Part shown: piece after piece, positions 20,461-31,176 of the stretch
Numbering within the stretch: the stretch's first letter is position 1
How the letters are laid out: every line of letters begins with the position of its first letter
DNA from: Clostridia bacterium
GTDB taxonomy: Bacteria; Bacillota; Clostridia; Oscillospirales; CAG-382
Length of the DNA: 64,000 nucleotides
Direction of reading: 5' to 3'
Assembly (NCBI GenBank): GCA_017466805.1
Contig: JAFTTN010000088.1
Location: 721-64,720, forward strand
Program-made: the position numbers and the translations under genes
Notes under the pieces: model-generated
The model's database searches: none
What the model saw: only the letters and a program-made list of their open reading frames with translations
Told to the model about the DNA's origin: nothing

Positions 20461-21021
20461 TTATTCCTCGGTGTTCAAATCGACCAATTCGTAATATTTT
20501 GTGTTGTAAACCAAAAGCGGTCGGGTCGACCTTTCGTTTGCAACGACCACAAAAAATTCGTCGCCCTCGCTGTTGGTATAGGTGCCCTCGAGCGAAATAA
20601 CTACTCTACCGCAACGGTAAAGATACATTGCGTGCTCCATATGCCCGGAGCGGCCTGTGTGTACGTATCTGTCGTCGGTAACTACGCGTGTGACCTTATC
20701 GGTTATTATTCTATACCCGCCGTGAGCAAGTTTTTTTATATTGCGGTAATACGTATATACAAACGCCAAGACCATGAAAAACGGAACGCTTAACAGCAAA
20801 ATTATTACAAGCGTTGCCCATTTTTGCTCCATACCGCTTATATTAACCACAAGCACGAATAAAAGCGCCACAATTAAAACCGCGAACGCCAAAATCATTT
20901 CGGTCCAAAGTACCGCCTTGTGCGAATTCGAAAGCGCATCGTATATCTTCTCGGGCGTTATCTGCTTTTTCTTATCGTCATCCGGATTGTGCTTGGTGCT
21001 GTCGCTTATATAATTAGCCAT
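20461..21021 (-). CDS. Hypothetical 2-TM membrane protein, tandem paralogue 1
   Basis: MANYISDSTK... YNTKYYELVDLNTEE; HAMYLYRCGRV. Confidence 0.8.
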   Translation of the reverse strand: MANYISDSTKHNPDDDKKKQITPEKIYDALSNSHKAVLWTEMILAFAVLIVALLFVLVVNISGMEQKWATLVIILLLSVPFFMVLAFVYTYYRNIKKLAHGGYRIITDKVTRVVTDDRYVHTGRSGHMEHAMYLYRCGRVVISLEGTYTNSEGDEFFVVVANERSTRPLLVYNTKYYELVDLNTEE

Positions 21022-21051
21022 TTTTTACCCCTTTTTGTCTATTGTGTTAAC

Positions 21052-21080
21052 ATTATACACTATCGTTAACCTTCCGTCAA
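21052..21080 (-). promoter_or_regulatory. sigma-A promoter for the paralogue array
   Basis: Minus strand TTGACG-17 bp-TATAAT. Confidence 0.75.
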
Positions 21081-21130
21081 TAGAAAAAAGAAAAACGGCT
21101 GCATAGGCTTTTGCAACCGTTTTGTTCGTA

Positions 21131-21937
21131 TTATTCGCAAAGCTCGGTCAAGCGCGCTATCTGGCTTTCGAAAAAGTTAACGTAGTTTTCGTAAAAATAG
21201 TTCGCGTCGGTAGCCGAATCGCCGACTATGGCGATAAGCGAAAGCGCTTTTTCGGTTTCGGCTATTGCGCTTTTATAGTCCTTTTTTTCCTCGAAGCATT
21301 CGGCAAGGTGCCACATCATTTGAATAAGATTTTCGAACGACACCCACTTTTGCTTTTCAGCCGCCTCCTGCTTTTCGTCGCCGGTTAAAACGTAGGCGGT
21401 TTCGGTAAGGCGGGTGAAATACATTTCGGGTATCTGCTCTATCGCCATTTTTGCGCTTTGCAAATCGCCCTTTGCCTTATATGCATACGCCATAAAGCGC
21501 AATGCATCGTATTTAATGCCGTGGTCGGTGGCTTTTTCGATAAGCTTGCTTGCAATGCCGATTGCGTTATCGGGGTTGTTCGAATAGTCGATAACGTATA
21601 GCAGGCTGTTTAAAAGAATATCGTTTTCGGGGTATTTACGCAAGCCCGATTCGAGTATCGCGCGGCTTTGCTCGGGGTCGCTCGTGCGGTATTTATAAGC
21701 CTCGTCGGCAATAGCCTCGACCTCTGCTTCGATCTGCTTTAGGTTAAAATCGAAAAGCTCGTCCATCGTCACGCCGAAATAGCTTGCAAGCATCGGAGCA
21801 AGCGTAATATCGGGCAAAGCGATGTTGTTTTCCCACTTGCTCACCGCCTGAAACGATATGCCGATGCTGGTTGCAAGCTGTTCTTGGGTTATTCCGCGTT
21901 GCTTTCTTAATTCCTTTATTTTGTTACCGATATTCAT
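21131..21937 (-). CDS. XRE-family HTH regulator with C-terminal TPR-like helices
   Basis: IGNKIKELRKQRGITQEQLA...AVSKWE...PD; helical repeat C-terminus. Confidence 0.85.
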   Translation of the reverse strand: MNIGNKIKELRKQRGITQEQLATSIGISFQAVSKWENNIALPDITLAPMLASYFGVTMDELFDFNLKQIEAEVEAIADEAYKYRTSDPEQSRAILESGLRKYPENDILLNSLLYVIDYSNNPDNAIGIASKLIEKATDHGIKYDALRFMAYAYKAKGDLQSAKMAIEQIPEMYFTRLTETAYVLTGDEKQEAAEKQKWVSFENLIQMMWHLAECFEEKKDYKSAIAETEKALSLIAIVGDSATDANYFYENYVNFFESQIARLTELCE

Positions 21938-22036
21938 AGTTACCCCGCAATTTTTCATAGTTTTCACAGTATATCATTTATTTTTTCGTTTTGCAATAAC
22001 CGCACAAACGATATGCTTCAACTATAGGTTGAAATG

Positions 22037-22065
22037 TTGACAAACCCAAAAAACGCGGTTATAAT
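22037..22065 (+). promoter_or_regulatory. Consensus sigma-A promoter
   Basis: TTGACA-17 bp-TATAAT exact. Confidence 0.85.
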
Positions 22066-22084
22066 CAAGCGTGAGGTGATAAAA

Positions 22085-22528
22085 ATGAGCCTTGCTTATA
22101 AATTCATCTGCAAAGGTCCGAATATAATAACCGAAAAAGGAGTTATAGGTGCAAAATGCAGGCTTTGCGACACTGTCGTTTCGACAAGCGAGGATTCCTG
22201 CTCCTGCGGAAACGTTACGAACGATAAGGCTGTTGCTCGCTTTTCGGCAAAGCACGGCAAAGGAAGTATTGAATATATCCACAAAAGCTATAAAGCCTGG
22301 GGCGGATTTCCGATAACCCACGCAAAATGCCCGATTTGCGAAAAATACCTAAAAATCGACGGCGAAAACGGCTGTGCTTGCGGAAATATAATTATCGATA
22401 AGCACTCGGGGCGTTTTTCGGTAAAGGGCGACGAAGGGCAAATCGAGCTTTACGCAAAGCGAACACCCGGTTATTTTATTTATAAAGCAGTATGCTTTTT
22501 CGAAAATATTTTTGATTATTTTATTTAG
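22085..22528 (+). CDS. Hypothetical protein with two Cys-rich (Zn-ribbon-like) repeats
   Basis: GAGGTG RBS; AKCRLC...CSCGN and AKCPIC...CACGN. Confidence 0.7.
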   Translation: MSLAYKFICKGPNIITEKGVIGAKCRLCDTVVSTSEDSCSCGNVTNDKAVARFSAKHGKGSIEYIHKSYKAWGGFPITHAKCPICEKYLKIDGENGCACGNIIIDKHSGRFSVKGDEGQIELYAKRTPGYFIYKAVCFFENIFDYFI

Positions 22529-22538
22529 AGGCAACGAT

Positions 22539-23447
22539 ATGTTAAACAAGGTAAACCGACTTATAGAAGCATTAAACAAGGACAACACGGGTGTTGAAGC
22601 GGTTGCGCTTTGGCAGGACGGCGAGCTGAAGCTGTTGCACCGATACGTGCCTGCGGGGCCGAGGCTTATATATTCCCACACGAAAAGCTTTATTTCCACC
22701 GCGGCGGGAATTGCTATAGACGAAGGACTGCTTACGCTCGACACCAAGGTTTGCGAGCTTTTCCCCGATTATGCAAGCATTATCACCGACGAACGTGTAA
22801 ACAATATAACTCTGCGCAATTTTCTAACAATGAGCTCGGGCTTCGGCGGTGCGTTTTTGATGAGTGCAAACCGCCGCAAGCTCGAAGGCTACCCCGATTA
22901 TATCGCATATATGCTTGCAAAGGAGCTAAAATACGATTCGGGCGAAAGGTTTGTATATTCGAACGCCGATACGCATTTGGCGGGCTGTATGGTACAAAGA
23001 GCCTGCAAAAAGCCGCTTTTGCAATACTGCTGTGAAAAAATATTCATTCCGCTCGATATGGGCTTTCCCGCTTGGGAAACTGCACCCGACGGCACCGCGT
23101 TCGGCGGCAGCGGGCTTTATTTGGACATAACCGAAATGCTAAAGCTCGGCGTGCTTTACCTAAACAAAGGTATTTATAACGGCAAGCGTGTCGTTTCGGA
23201 AAAATGGGTTGAAGAAGCAGGCTGCAAGCAAATAGACACAGGGCACGAAGCGCCGTGGAACAGCGGCTACGGTTACCAATTTTGGACAGTCGGCCAGCGC
23301 GAAAATTCGTTCCGCGCCGACGGTGCATACGGTCAGTATTCGATAGTTCTCCCCGAGGAAAACGCGGTTCTTGCTGTACAAAGCAGCGAGCAAAACGACG
23401 TTGCCAAATTCACCGAAATGCTTATAGAGCACACTATATTAAAATGA
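22539..23447 (+). CDS. Serine hydrolase (class C beta-lactamase-like fold, cytoplasmic)
   Basis: SHTK (SxxK), FLTMSSG, YSN, YGYQFW, ADGAYGQ; no signal peptide. Confidence 0.88.
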   Translation: MLNKVNRLIEALNKDNTGVEAVALWQDGELKLLHRYVPAGPRLIYSHTKSFISTAAGIAIDEGLLTLDTKVCELFPDYASIITDERVNNITLRNFLTMSSGFGGAFLMSANRRKLEGYPDYIAYMLAKELKYDSGERFVYSNADTHLAGCMVQRACKKPLLQYCCEKIFIPLDMGFPAWETAPDGTAFGGSGLYLDITEMLKLGVLYLNKGIYNGKRVVSEKWVEEAGCKQIDTGHEAPWNSGYGYQFWTVGQRENSFRADGAYGQYSIVLPEENAVLAVQSSEQNDVAKFTEMLIEHTILK

Positions 23448-25282
23448 AAAAGCTGATAATTACAAAAAAAGCAAGCGACCTTTCGGATATTATTGCAAAA
23501 AATTGTGAATGCGATATTTTGCCGCCCGAAAAAATCGAAAACATCGAAAGCTATTCCTCGATTGCGGTATTGGGCGGCACAGAAAATACTCCGACTATGC
23601 TTTCGCCCTTCCTGCGCGAGAAATTGGAGGCCTTTGCCGATAGCGGAAGACCCGTGTTTTTGGAATACGTTTATTCCTTCCGCTGTGTTTATTCGGCACA
23701 GGCCACGCAGATTTCCTGCGATAGATTGGTGGCGGCAAGCGATTTTGGCGGAATAGAAAAGCACCGATTGCTCGACAGCCGATACAATCTTTATATCGCG
23801 CCGCATTTTTTAATGCCGAATACCGAAATTTTGCTTTACTACCAAAAATACACCCCCGCGCACGATAAGCTCGAGGAAATTTCCGAAAACACCCGCCCCG
23901 CGCTGTTTTGCTACGGCAATATAATGCATTGTGCCTTTTCGCTTTGCGATTGGTTAAAGGCGGCGTTTGCGCCCAAGCGCGATTGGGATTGCCTTATTTC
24001 GTATATTCTTCGCTTTTTGGGCATTACTCCGCCAAAAAGCTACAATAACAATTCGCTTACCGTTCGCAAAAGCGTTCAAGGCGGTTTTAAAGAATCGCTT
24101 GACGAATGTATAAACAGCGCACTTTCGCTTTTGGAAGGCTATCTCGTTCAGCCCGACGGCAAGCAAGGCATCCGCGAGGGCTTGAGCCACAATATCGGCA
24201 AAAACGGAAACAGAATAAGCGCAAACGTTGTCCGCGCCGATTGCTGCGGCGAGGCGGCGGGCGCGTTCCTGTTTACGAAAAACGAAAGGCTTTTACCGAT
24301 TGCAGACAATATGCTTTCGCTCTGCTATGGACCTTTGACCGTACACGAGGGCGAATTCAAGGGTATGATGCGCTGGTCGGAGGAGGCGTGGAACGTATGC
24401 TATCAGGACGACGTCGCCCGCGCGGTAATGCCTTCGCTGCTTTGCGCATATTTCGGCATAACCGATAAATATGCAAGCTATGCCGAAAACGCGCTTGATT
24501 TTCTGTGCCGTACCACCGCAAAGGACGGCTTGCGCCCGATGCGCACCGACGTTTTGGAATTCCTGCGCGATAAAAAGCCGGTAAGCTCGCTTGCAAAAGC
24601 CGAAAACGGTTATGCAAGCGCACACTACAACGCCTATTACAGCGCGGCGTTACTGCTTTCCCACCTTATAAACGGCAGAGAGGATTTTAAAGAGGTGGGG
24701 CTGAAAGGGCTTCAAACGCTTATCGACCTTTACCCCGATACCGTGCGCGAGCACAGCGAAACGAGCGAGCTTTGCAGGCTTATTCTGCCGCTTGCACTGC
24801 GCTACCGCGTAACCCAAAAGGAAGAGCACAAAACGATGCTGCGTATGGTATTTAACGACCTGCGCAAAAAGCTTCACCCTGTCGGAGCGTATTGCGAATG
24901 GGACAACGGATACAAGGCGGTTTGCTTTAACAACTCGGGCGGCGAATGCTCGCTTCTTGCAAAAAACGGCGACCCCGTTGCCGATCTGCTCTATTCGCTA
25001 AATTGGCTTCCGCTCGGCTTTGCGTTCGCATACCACGCCACCGACGATATTATTTACCGCGGTGCTTGGCGCGAAATCTGCGATTTCTTTATAAAAACAC
25101 AGATAATAAGCGAAAATCCCCAAACCAACGGCGCGTGGTGCAGAGGTATCGACCTAAATCGGCTTGAATACTACGGTATCCCGCACGACGTCGGCTGGGG
25201 CCCCTGCTGTATCGAAACCGGCTGGACTGTTGCCGAAATAACGCTCGGAATGCTCGTCGGCAAGCATATTTTCGGTCTTTAA
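23444..25282 (+). CDS. Hypothetical protein with probable alpha/alpha-barrel (six-hairpin glycosidase-like) C-terminal domain
   Basis: ATGA overlap with upstream gene; YQDDVARA, DLLYSLNW, ETGWT; helical pattern. Confidence 0.6.
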   Translation: MKKLIITKKASDLSDIIAKNCECDILPPEKIENIESYSSIAVLGGTENTPTMLSPFLREKLEAFADSGRPVFLEYVYSFRCVYSAQATQISCDRLVAASDFGGIEKHRLLDSRYNLYIAPHFLMPNTEILLYYQKYTPAHDKLEEISENTRPALFCYGNIMHCAFSLCDWLKAAFAPKRDWDCLISYILRFLGITPPKSYNNNSLTVRKSVQGGFKESLDECINSALSLLEGYLVQPDGKQGIREGLSHNIGKNGNRISANVVRADCCGEAAGAFLFTKNERLLPIADNMLSLCYGPLTVHEGEFKGMMRWSEEAWNVCYQDDVARAVMPSLLCAYFGITDKYASYAENALDFLCRTTAKDGLRPMRTDVLEFLRDKKPVSSLAKAENGYASAHYNAYYSAALLLSHLINGREDFKEVGLKGLQTLIDLYPDTVREHSETSELCRLILPLALRYRVTQKEEHKTMLRMVFNDLRKKLHPVGAYCEWDNGYKAVCFNNSGGECSLLAKNGDPVADLLYSLNWLPLGFAFAYHATDDIIYRGAWREICDFFIKTQIISENPQTNGAWCRGIDLNRLEYYGIPHDVGWGPCCIETGWTVAEITLGMLVGKHIFGL

Positions 25283-25393
25283 TAAAAAAACAAACTGTGG
25301 AAACGCTATCGCGCTCCGCAGTTTTTTGTTGTTTTTTCTATTAATCCTTTCGCGAATATGTCGCGGTCTGCCTATATAATGTCGCGCGGTATT

Positions 25394-25828
25394 TTACAGC
25401 TTTTTCTTGTAGTTCTTTTGCGTTTTATTGCTTTTATAGCCGCATTTTTCATAAAAAGCGTGTGCACCGTGCCTCGATTCGCCCGAAACAAGACGTATAT
25501 ACGCCGCCCCCTGCGTTCTTGCCCAATTCTCGAGCTCGTTCATCAGAGCTCTGCCAACGCCCTTGCGGGTATAATTCTCCGCCACGGCGATACCGAGTAT
25601 ATTTATTCCCTTTTCGGCAAACAGCAAGCCGTATATGCACGCGTGGATATATCCAACGGTTTCGCCGCACACCTCGGCAACGAAAACGCATTCATATTCC
25701 TTTTCGAGCGTCGCTTTTAGATTTTCGGCGGTTTTTTCGGCAGGATATTCATACCCCATACCCTCGCCGTTCAATCGGCAAAGTGCGTGTGCATCGCAAA
25801 GCGTTGCTTTTCGAACAGTAATATTCAT
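25394..25828 (-). CDS. GNAT N-acetyltransferase
   Basis: AVAENYTRKGVGRALM, AHAFYEKCGY. Confidence 0.9.
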   Translation of the reverse strand: MNITVRKATLCDAHALCRLNGEGMGYEYPAEKTAENLKATLEKEYECVFVAEVCGETVGYIHACIYGLLFAEKGINILGIAVAENYTRKGVGRALMNELENWARTQGAAYIRLVSGESRHGAHAFYEKCGYKSNKTQKNYKKKL

Positions 25829-25836
25829 TTACTTCC

Positions 25837-26889
25837 CTATTTTTTATAAAATTTATCGATAATATCCAGCGCCTTTACCGTCGTTTCGGGTGCGCCTGCA
25901 TAGTAAGCGGTCGGGCGCTTGCCCACAAATTCGCCAAAGCCCTCCTCGTATGCATAATAGCGCTCGGAATATCCCTCTCTGTTATAAAACTGCTCGTCGA
26001 TTTCCATTTCGAATCCGATTTCGGTATTGGAAAGCTTTTTGCCGCCGATAATTTCGCCGTTTATGTCGACAACCGCCTGCTTACGAACGCAATCGCTTAC
26101 TATTCTTATTTCATCAACGCGTGCCGAATTAAAGAAGAACGACGGCTGGATAATTGCGGTATCGAAAATATCGGTAAGGTTAACAACGTAACCGAGGTTT
26201 TTCGAACTCGACGCCGCCTCGTGATAATATGGTATCCAAAGGCAATTTTTGCCAAACGAGTGAGCGCGGTTCGAAACGGCGCGCATCGATTTAACTATAG
26301 GGTTATTAAAATCCGATTCGGGCTTATCGCAATCGAACCTTGTGTAGCCTGCGGTAATAACGTCCTCGCCCGCAAAATAAATGCCCTGAACGTTGTTTTC
26401 CCAAATATCCGAGCGGAGCGTGTTCTTAATCAGGTCGACTGTATCTGCCCACGCATCTGCAAAAAGATGCGTAAGCGCGTGCCAGCATTCCGCGTGGGGC
26501 ACCGAATACCAAAGCTTAACCTCGGGCTTTATCGCAACAAGCCGTTCCGCATATGCGTTCGCATCGGCAACGTAGTCTTTAATATGGTAATTGCCCGCAA
26601 GAATTCTGTCGGCAGTGGCGTGGTATTCCTTTTTTATCGTTTCAAGGCGATTGGGGTCGCCGACCATATCGGGCGTCATCGCGTCGATAATATCGCGTGT
26701 GATAATTTCGGTTTCGTTGCCGTTTCTGTCGGTGTAGCGGTTGAAGGTCGCAATGGGGATAAGCAAAATTTCGTCGCTCACCTCAAGCAGCGCCTTCAGC
26801 TCGTCGTCCGTCGGGACGTAATATTTTCCTCCGCTGTATCCGCGGTAGCTCGTGTATAACAATACGCCTTTTTTCATTAAGCTGTTCAT
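25837..26889 (-). CDS. DUF4855-like protein
   Basis: LWIPYY, FDTAIIQPSFFF, GFEMEID, AYYAG motifs. Confidence 0.6.
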   Translation of the reverse strand: MNSLMKKGVLLYTSYRGYSGGKYYVPTDDELKALLEVSDEILLIPIATFNRYTDRNGNETEIITRDIIDAMTPDMVGDPNRLETIKKEYHATADRILAGNYHIKDYVADANAYAERLVAIKPEVKLWYSVPHAECWHALTHLFADAWADTVDLIKNTLRSDIWENNVQGIYFAGEDVITAGYTRFDCDKPESDFNNPIVKSMRAVSNRAHSFGKNCLWIPYYHEAASSSKNLGYVVNLTDIFDTAIIQPSFFFNSARVDEIRIVSDCVRKQAVVDINGEIIGGKKLSNTEIGFEMEIDEQFYNREGYSERYYAYEEGFGEFVGKRPTAYYAGAPETTVKALDIIDKFYKK

Positions 26890-27005
26890 ATCCGGTTTCC
26901 TTTCTCGTTTGGTGAGATATTTTGCTATAATTGTAGCACACGCGGCTTACTAAATCAATATTTTATTTTTTCATAAAGCGCGTTTGCCGCCAAAAATCAA
27001 AAGTA

Positions 27006-27034
27006 TTGACATTGTTCGCGCGTCGTTATATAAT
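27006..27034 (+). promoter_or_regulatory. Consensus sigma-A promoter of the glycan operon
   Basis: TTGACA-17 bp-TATAAT exact. Confidence 0.85.
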
Positions 27035-27066
27035 TATTATGAATAAGTTTATTTGCGGAGGTATTT

Positions 27067-28344
27067 ATGCCTACAATCGACTATTCATATTTGCGTCCCA
27101 AAAAAGCAGAAGCGTTGAAAAAACGCTACGATGCCGAATTCATCAAACGTAAATCTTTATCTGTTTGGTCCGGCGAAAACGCAGTTGTTTTGCCTTTAAA
27201 AAAATTCGAAGGAGATAATCTTCTCTTTGGAAGAGGCGGTGTCATTGACAAACACGGACAATACGTTGACATGTCTGCTATAAACAAACGAGTTTGTGGC
27301 AAATATGAATTCTCAAATCCGCAATATGACGATAGTACAGTCGTATATTGCGGATATCTCGTAAATCATTGGGGGCATTTCTTAGTAGAAGCTGTTGCGA
27401 GGCTTTGGTATTTCCTTGAGAACGACAATGCTGTCGATAAATATGTGTTTTTCATCGAAGAAAATGCACACAGGGAAATTCGAGGTAATTATAAGATTTT
27501 TCTTGAACTTCTTGGGATTTGGAACAAAATCGAAATCATATGTACACCTACAAGATATGCAAAGGTTATAGTGCCGGAGCTCGCGTATTCTTGGAGAAGC
27601 TACTATTCCGAACAGTATAAGAATATTTTTCAAAGAATTATATCGAATTCTTCTCCGGATCCGTCTTGGATTCCATTCGAAAAGGTTTATTTAAGTCGCA
27701 GTAAACTCGCAAAAGCAAACGGTTTGGAATTCGGTTTAGATGCTTTAGACGATTTCTTCGAACGCAACGGATACGTTTTACTATTCCCGGAACAGCTTCC
27801 TCTGCAACAGTTGATATTCTATATTAGAAATTCAAAAATCTGTGCTTCCTTATCAGGCTCGCTTCCTCACAATTTTCTGTTCGCCGAGGACGAGCAAAAA
27901 GTTATTATAGTCGAACGGATCGTTTTTAATAACGAAATTCAAGTTGACGTTAATACTGCAAAAAATCTCGATGTTACTTATATCGATGCAAACATTTCGC
28001 TCTATTCAACAAACATGAGTGGTCCGTTTATATTGGGGTACAATAAGCAGTTGCAAAAATTCGCCGAAAGCTATCAGATGTTACCACCAAGCAAAAAATA
28101 TCTTTCTAAGTATTATTTGTTCTCTTGCTTTAAAAAATACATGAAAGCATACAGAAAAGAATACTCTTATCGTTTTTTCATGGAAGATTGGTATACCGGA
28201 TTTGCGGACTGTATATGGGAAGCTTACAAGGAAAGCTACATTATGTTCTCGGACTACCTATCCGGGAATAAACCTTTTCTTCCAATCCATTATTTTCAAT
28301 GGCATTATCTCAAGCAATTCATCAAACGAATTCTGAAACGATGA
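27067..28344 (+). CDS. Glycosyltransferase family 61 (DUF563)
   Basis: [24 protein letters not shown]...[11 protein letters not shown]. Confidence 0.75.
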   Translation: MPTIDYSYLRPKKAEALKKRYDAEFIKRKSLSVWSGENAVVLPLKKFEGDNLLFGRGGVIDKHGQYVDMSAINKRVCGKYEFSNPQYDDSTVVYCGYLVNHWGHFLVEAVARLWYFLENDNAVDKYVFFIEENAHREIRGNYKIFLELLGIWNKIEIICTPTRYAKVIVPELAYSWRSYYSEQYKNIFQRIISNSSPDPSWIPFEKVYLSRSKLAKANGLEFGLDALDDFFERNGYVLLFPEQLPLQQLIFYIRNSKICASLSGSLPHNFLFAEDEQKVIIVERIVFNNEIQVDVNTAKNLDVTYIDANISLYSTNMSGPFILGYNKQLQKFAESYQMLPPSKKYLSKYYLFSCFKKYMKAYRKEYSYRFFMEDWYTGFADCIWEAYKESYIMFSDYLSGNKPFLPIHYFQWHYLKQFIKRILKR

Positions 28345-28358
28345 TTACGAGGTGCAAT

Positions 28359-29252
28359 ATGAAAGGCATAATTCTTGCCGGAGGGTCCGGTTCGCGATTA
28401 TATCCGCTCACAAAGGTAACTTCAAAGCAGCTTTTGCCGGTTTACGACAAGCCGATGATTTACTATCCTTTATCGGTATTGATGACGGCAGGCATACGCG
28501 AAATACTTATTATATCTACCCCGCAGGACACCCCGCGCTTCGAAGCGCTTTTGGGTGACGGCAAGCAATTCGGCGTATCGCTTCAATACGCAGTACAGCC
28601 CAGCCCCGACGGATTGGCGCAGGCGTTTATTATCGGCGAGGAATTTATCGGAAACGATTGCGCCGCAATGATTTTGGGCGACAACATTTTTTCCGGTCAC
28701 GGATTAAAGGAGCGGCTTATTTCCGCCGTAGAAAACGCCGAACGCGGAAACGGCGCAACGATTTTCGGTTATTACGTCGACGATCCCGAGCGCTTCGGCA
28801 TTGTTGAATTCGATAAAAACGGAAAAGCGGTAAGCATCGAGGAAAAGCCCGCAAATCCGAAATCCAATTATTGCGTAACCGGCTTGTATTTTTACGACAG
28901 GCGGGTTGTCGGCTATGCGAAATCGCTTAAACCGAGCAAAAGAGGCGAGCTTGAAATTACCGACCTGAACAAGCTATATCTTGAAAACGGCAGTCTTAAC
29001 GTCGAGCTTTTGGGCCAAGGCTTTACCTGGCTCGATACCGGCACGCACGAAAGCCTTGCCGACGCGACGAACTTTATTCGCACTGTCGAAACCCACCAGC
29101 ACAGAAAAATAGCCTGCTTGGAGGAAATAGCTTATTTGAACGGCTGGATCGACGAAAACGACGTAATGAAAGCCTACGAAGAGCTTAAAAACAACCAATA
29201 CGGACAATATTTAAAGGACGTTTTGGACGGAAAATATATAGATAAAAGGTAG
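28359..29252 (+). CDS. rfbA: Glucose-1-phosphate thymidylyltransferase
   Basis: [47 protein letters not shown]. Confidence 0.96.
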   Translation: MKGIILAGGSGSRLYPLTKVTSKQLLPVYDKPMIYYPLSVLMTAGIREILIISTPQDTPRFEALLGDGKQFGVSLQYAVQPSPDGLAQAFIIGEEFIGNDCAAMILGDNIFSGHGLKERLISAVENAERGNGATIFGYYVDDPERFGIVEFDKNGKAVSIEEKPANPKSNYCVTGLYFYDRRVVGYAKSLKPSKRGELEITDLNKLYLENGSLNVELLGQGFTWLDTGTHESLADATNFIRTVETHQHRKIACLEEIAYLNGWIDENDVMKAYEELKNNQYGQYLKDVLDGKYIDKR

Positions 29253-29259
29253 AAAAGCT

Positions 29260-30278
29260 ATGACTGTTATAGTAACCGGCGGCGCGGGCTTTATCGGAAG
29301 TAATTTTATCTTCCATATGCTCGAAAAGCATCCCGACTACAGAATTATTTGTCTTGACAAGCTAACCTATGCCGGCAATCTTTCGACACTCGAATCGGTT
29401 ATGGGCAACGAAAATTTCGCCTTTGTAAAAGCGGACATTTGTGACCGCACCGCCGTTTATTCGCTGTTCGAAAAGGAAAAGCCGAATATCGTCGTCAACT
29501 TTGCCGCAGAAAGCCACGTTGACAGAAGCATCGAAACCCCGATATTTTTCTGCAAACAAACATAATCGGCACCTCGGTACTGCTCGATGCCTGCCGTAAA
29601 TACGGCATTGACCGCTACCACCAGGTTAGCACCGACGAGGTTTACGGCGACCTTCCGCTCGACCGCCCCGATTTATTCTTTACCGAAACGACACCCCTGC
29701 ACACGAGCAGTCCCTATTCCTCATCGAAGGCGGCGGCAGACCTTTTAACCCTTTCCTACCACCGCACCTATGGGCTGCCGGTAACCATAAGCCGTTGCTC
29801 GAACAACTACGGTCCATACCATTTTCCCGAAAAGCTTATTCCGCTTATGATTGCGAACGCATTGAACGACAAGCCGCTCCCCGTATACGGCGAGGGGAAA
29901 AATGTGCGCGATTGGCTTTACGTCGAGGATCACTGCAAGGCTATCGACCTTATTATTCACAAGGGCAGAGTCGGCGAGGTATACAACGTCGGCGGACACA
30001 ACGAAAAGCAGAATATAGAAATAGTAAAAATAATCTGCAAGGAGCTTGGAAAGAGCGAATCGCTTATTACCTACGTCACCGACCGCAAGGGACACGATTT
30101 GCGCTATGCTATCGACCCGAGCAAGATAAGCAACGAGCTCGGCTGGCTGCCCGAAACGAAGTTCGAGCAGGGTATTAAGAAAACTATAAAATGGTATCTC
30201 GAAAACCGCAAATGGTGGGAAAACATCATTTCGGGCGAATATCAAAGCTATTACGAAAAAATGTACGGCAATAGGTGA
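29260..30278 (+). pseudogene. rfbB: dTDP-glucose 4,6-dehydratase with a single -1 frameshift at ~29533-29540 (real or sequencing artefact)
   Basis: [23 protein letters not shown], then the frame shifts; continues [37 protein letters not shown]. Confidence 0.9.
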
Positions 30279-30282
30279 GAAT

Positions 30283-31176
30283 ATGAAATTTTTTGTCACG
30301 GGCGTCGGCGGACAGCTCGGATTCGACGTTATAAACGAGCTTAAAGCCCGAAAATATTACTGCATCGGCTCGGATATTTTACAGGACGCAAAATGTGAAG
30401 GCGACGAATATATTCAATTGGATATAACCGACGAAAAGGCGGTTTTCGAAGCGATTTCGTGCTGCATGCCCGATGCGGTTATTCACTGTGCCGCTTGGAC
30501 GGCTGTCGACGCCGCAGAGGACGAAGCCAATATCGGCAAGGTGAGAGCGATAAACGCCGACGGCACGAAAAATATTGCGCTTGCCTGCAAGAAAATCGGC
30601 TGTAAAATGCTGTATATATCTACCGATTACGTTTTCGACGGCAACGGCGACACTCCTTGGGAGCCCGATTGCAAGGAATACAGCCCGCTGAATGTTTACG
30701 GACAAACGAAGTTAGAGGGCGAAAAAGCGGTAAGCGGTCTGCTCGACAGCTATTTTATCGTCCGCATCGCATGGGTTTTCGGTAAAAACGGAAGCAATTT
30801 TGTTAAAACAATGTTGAATTTATCGAAAAAATATTCGTCCTTGCGCGTTGTCTGCGACCAAATCGGCACGCCGACCTATACCGCGGACCTTGCAAGATTG
30901 CTTGTTGATATCTGCGAAAGCGAAAAATACGGCTATTACCACGCAACAAACGAGGGCGGGTATATAAGCTGGTACGATTTCGCCTGCGAAATATTCAAGC
31001 AAGCAAATATCGATATGCAAATCACCCCCGTAACCACCGCGGAATACGGCGCTTCGGTTGCGGCAAGGCCTTTTAACAGCAGGCTTGACAAAAGCAAGCT
31101 TGCTGCAAACGGGTTCACCCCGCTCCCCGATTGGAAGGATGCGCTTGCACGGTATATAAAGGAGCTTTTACAATGA
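30283..31176 (+). CDS. rfbD: dTDP-4-dehydrorhamnose reductase
   Basis: TGVGGQLG, HCAAWTAVD, ISTDYVFDG, YGQTK, DQIGTPT. Confidence 0.95.
   Translation: MKFFVTGVGGQLGFDVINELKARKYYCIGSDILQDAKCEGDEYIQLDITDEKAVFEAISCCMPDAVIHCAAWTAVDAAEDEANIGKVRAINADGTKNIALACKKIGCKMLYISTDYVFDGNGDTPWEPDCKEYSPLNVYGQTKLEGEKAVSGLLDSYFIVRIAWVFGKNGSNFVKTMLNLSKKYSSLRVVCDQIGTPTYTADLARLLVDICESEKYGYYHATNEGGYISWYDFACEIFKQANIDMQITPVTTAEYGASVAARPFNSRLDKSKLAANGFTPLPDWKDALARYIKELLQ

Noticed and set aside
22539-23447. Beta-lactam resistance gene
   Set aside because: No signal peptide; the motifs fit cytoplasmic esterase/amidase members of the fold.
29847-30278. Separate 143-aa gene in the ORF track
   Set aside because: It is the C-terminal part of frameshifted rfbB.
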